NCBI RefSeq assembly: GCF_009914755.1
Contig: NC_060948.1
Length of the DNA stretch: 64,000 bases
Origin: the human T2T-CHM13v2.0 reference genome, Homo sapiens
Strand: one strand, 5' to 3'
Made by a program: the position numbers and the translations under genes. Positions 58,933 to 64,000 of this stretch are shown here, piece by piece (position 1 is the stretch's first letter; the number at the start of each line of letters is the position of its first letter). The notes under the pieces were generated by a model. It ran no database searches. It saw nothing but the letters and a program-made list of their open reading frames with translations, and had not been told where the DNA came from.

Positions 58933-61055
58933 AGATCCATATTTTTTAAATGAAAAAAAATTTCAAAGGTACTCTGCTTGGTACAATAATCAAATGTATA
59001 AACTGAGGAATAAAACATAACCATGAAACCTACTTATAACTGCATATGGAAAATACAGAGGATAATTTTTTAAATAACATATTTTGAAAGCCTTAACTAG
59101 TAATTTGAAGAGTTGGCATTTGAAAGGCCAGTATGAATATACCTTCAAAGCAGCAACACAGGTTCCCCATGAGAAAAAGCAAACACAGGGAAAATAAAAA
59201 CACAAAGGTTCAATCTCTTCTGACCTTTGAAAGACACAGCACAGACAGTGGTCCTTAGGACGAAGAGCAGGAGACCCCTAATTCCGTCACCATGGCGATA
59301 GGGCATAAACATTGCTGGGTGAGGGCACAATCCACATTGTGAGGTCCAACTGCTGCCAGGAAGACAGGAGTGCTTTTACATAGACCGAAAGGTCATTGAA
59401 GGCTCAGAGTTTTGTTTCAAGAACTGAATCCCAAGCCCACACGTTATTAGGCTGCGCTTCTTAAAACAAGTTATGAGATGGGAAAAAGGGCACCCACAAA
59501 CATACGTATACATTATGTATATAATAATATACAGTATCATATATATAATATATATAACCTATGTATAATATTGTTTTACATCCTGCATCCTATGTTATAT
59601 ATATTGTATAAAATATAATAATTGATAATATATAAGTTTTATAATTATACAATATGACATATAGTATATATTATAATTTATGACATATATAATATATGTT
59701 ATATATCATATATAGAATATATTATACGGTTAATATACGTATTAAATATAAATTATACATTATATATATTATATATAATATATCTGTTATATATAATACC
59801 CATTATGCATAATATATATATTATGTCTATGTTATATATAGTATAAAACAACATATAATAATATATAATTGTATATATAAAATGCGACATATAATATATA
59901 TTATATTTTATAACATATGTAATATATATTATATATAATACGTTGTATGTATAATACCTATATTAAATATATATTATATGACTGTGTTATTAATTACATG
60001 TCACATGTGTTATATATTATATATTTTACATAGAATATACCGGTTACATACAATATATACTATGTTACCTATAATGTATAATTTATTACATGTAAAATAA
60101 AGAATGCAATATATTATGTATAATTTATAATATACAATATGTGGAATGTGATATATGTAACATATAATATATGATATATGATATACAGTATATGATATAT
60201 AACATACAATATATGATTCCTAATATATATGGTATACAATATATATTTTATGATATGTATTCTATATGTTTTATATTCTGTTATGTATAACTATTTGAAA
60301 TTATATATAACTGTATAATATTTTATGTAAATATGTAATATAATATATATAACTATATAATATATTATATATAACTATATATTATGTTATATATACTTTT
60401 ATAACATAATTTACATAAAATATCATAATATAATATATAGTATAATATTTCATATTACATAATATATATTACATATCACCCAATATAACTAACATACATA
60501 ATATTATAATATAGATTATATTATGTTATATTAAATATCATATATATCATGTATCATATATTCTATAATATATATTACACATTATATAATATGTATGTTG
60601 TCTATTATGTGATATATATAACTATATATATAATTATATTTTTATACATATAACTGGATAAACATGTAATTCTACATATTTTCATTTATAATATGTAGAA
60701 TTATATAATCATATATAATTATTTATATTCTATAAAAAATTTTATCATTATATAAATTATAATATATAAAAATTATAATATGTACTACAAATATATATAT
60801 ATTATATATCATATATGATATAGTACCTTTGTTATATATCATAATACATATAAATGTGTATTATGTTATCTATAATTATATAATTTCATATATAAGATGT
60901 ATAATATGTATCATATATTATATATGTTATGTAATATATATAGTATATATAAGATGACACAGGATAAATATTATATACTATGACATATAAAATATATGAG
61001 GTTATATGTTACATATAAGGCATAGCACATAACATGTAATATATATCATGTATAA

Positions 61056-61347
61056 TTTTTTTTTAGACAGAATCTTGTCCTGTTGCACAGGGTGGGGTAA
61101 AATGGCGCCATCTTTGCTCACTGCAACTTCTGCCTCACGGGTCCAAGCGATTGTCCTCCCTCAGCCTCCCAGGTAGCTGGGACTACACCACACTGGGACT
61201 ACACCAGCTGCCACCATGCCTAGCTAATTTTTTGGATTTTTAGTAGTGACAGCGTTTCACTGTATTGGCCAGGATGGTCTTGATCTCTTCACCTTGTGAT
61301 TCCCTTGCCTTGGCCTCCAAATTTGCTGGGATTACAGGCCTGAGCCA
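61056..61347 (-). mobile_element. Alu of DYZ2 unit 26 (B type)
   Basis: Copy of 598-889 with B alleles. Confidence 0.95.
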
Positions 61348-63442
61348 AGATCCATATTTTTTAAATGAAAAAAAATTTCAAAGGTACTCTGCTTGGTACA
61401 ATAATCAAATGTATAAACTGAGGAATAAAACATAACCATGAAACCTACTTATAACTGCATATGGAAAATACAGAGGATAATTTTTTAAATAACATATTTT
61501 GAAAGCCTTAACTAGTAATTTGAAGAGTTGGCATTTGAAAGGCCAGTATGAATATACCTTCAAAGCAGCAACACAGGTTCCCCATGAGAAAAAGCAAACA
61601 CAGGGAAAATAAAAACACAAAGGTTCAATCTCTTCTGACCTTTGAAAGACACAGCACAGACAGTGGTCCTTAGGACGAAGAGCAGGAGACCCCTAATTCC
61701 GTCACCATGGCGATAGGGCATAAACATTGCTGGGTGAGGGCACAATCCACATTGTGAGGTCCAACTGCTGCCAGGAAGACAGGAGTGCTTTTACATAGAC
61801 CGAAAGGTCATTGAAGGCTCAGAGTTTTGTTTCAAGAACTGAATCCCAAGCCCACACGTTATTACGCTGCGCTTCTTAAAACAAGTTATGAGATGGGAAA
61901 AGGGCACCCACAAACATACGTATACATTATGTATATAATAATATACAGTATCATATATATAATATATATAACCTATGTATAATATTGTTTTACATCCTGC
62001 ATCCTATGTTATATATATTGTATAAAATATAATAATTGATAATATATAAGTTTTATAATTATACAATATGACATATAGTATATATTATAATTTATGACAT
62101 ATATAATATATGTTATATATCATATATAGAATATATTATACGGTTAATATACGTATTAAATATAAATTATACATTATATATTATATATAATATATCTGTT
62201 ATATATAATACCCATTATGCATAATATATATATTATGTCTATGTTATATATAGTATAAAACAACATATAATAATATATAATTGTATATATAAAATGCGAC
62301 ATATAATATATATTATATTTTATAACATATGTAATATATATTATATAGAATACGTTGTATGTATAATACCTATATTAAATATATATTATATGACTATGTT
62401 ATTAATTACATGTCACATGTGTTATATATTATATATTTTACATGGAATATACCGGTTACATACAATATATACTATGTTACCTATACTGTATAATTTATTA
62501 CATGTAAAATAAAGAATGCAATATATTATGTATAATTTATAATATACAATATGTGGAATGTGATATATGTAACATATAATATATGATATATGATATACAG
62601 TATATGATATATAACATACAATATATGATTCCTAATATATATGGTATACAATATATATTTTATGATATGTATTCTATATGTTTTATATTCTGTTATATAT
62701 AACTATTTGAAATTATATATAACTGTATAATATTTTATGTAAATATGTAATATAATATATATAACTATATAATATATTATATATAACTATATATTATGTT
62801 ATATATACTTTTATAACATAATTTACCTAAAATATCATAATATAATATATATTATATTATTTCATATTACATAATATATATTACATATCACCCAATATAA
62901 CTAACATACATAATATTATAATATAGATTATATTGTATTATATTAAATATCATATATATCATGTATCATATATTCTATAATATATATTACACATTATATA
63001 ATATGTATGTTGTCTATTATGTGATATATATAACTATATATATAATTATATTTTTATACATATAACTAGATAAACATGTAATTCTACATATTTTCATTTA
63101 TAATATGTAGAATTATATAATCATATATAATTATTTATATTCTATAAAAAATTTTATCTTTATATAAATTATAATATATAAAAATTATAATATGTACTTC
63201 AAATATATATATTATATATCATATATGCTATAGTACCTTTGTTATATATCATAATACATATAAATGTGTATTATGTTATCTATAATTATATAATTTCATA
63301 TATAAGTTGTATAATATGTATCATATATTATATATGTTATGTAATATATATAGTATATATAAGATGACACAGGATAAATATTATATACTATGACATATAA
63401 AATATATGAGGTTATATGTTACATATAAGGCATAGCACATAA

Positions 63443-63757
<315 letters not shown>

Positions 63758-64000
63758 AGATCCATATTTTTTAAATGAAAAAAAATTTCAAAGGTACTCT
63801 GCTTGGTATAATAATCAAATGTATAAACTGAGGAATAAAACATAACCATGAAACCTACTTATAACTGCATATGGAAAATACAGAGGATAATTTTTTAAAT
63901 AACAAATTTTGAAAGCCTTAACTAGTAATTTGAAGAGCTGGCATTTGAAAGGCCAGTATGAATATACCTTCAAAGCAGCAACACAGGTTCCCCATGAGAA

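Overview
The whole window is a head-to-tail tandem array of about 26.5 copies of a ~2.42-kb AT-rich composite satellite. I recognise it as human HSat1B/DYZ2, typical of Yq12 heterochromatin. Each unit has a diverged minus-strand Alu (~290 bp), a ~570-bp HSATI-type segment and a ~1.55-kb extremely AT-rich domain. The four GGCC sites per unit predict a 2146-bp HaeIII fragment, matching the classical 2.1-kb DYZ2 band. I find no credible protein-coding or RNA genes and no new gene system; the ORFs in the track are repeat by-products. The information lies in the copy-to-copy variants. Units are numbered from position 1: unit n starts at 1+2420(n-1) for n<=21, then at 50805, 53218, 55631, 58044, 60457 and 62869. 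The variants show: mosaic units 1-3; a near-identical 2420-bp 'A' block (~6.5-48.6 kb) with three separate sets of variants recurring at 4840 bp (two units); a short patch of 'B' alleles inside A units; a chimeric, divergent junction unit 21 with a 16-bp Alu deletion; and a more heterogeneous ~2413-bp 'B' block with 1-unit and 3-unit (7238 bp) duplications. All variant calls were made by eye and need confirming by alignment.
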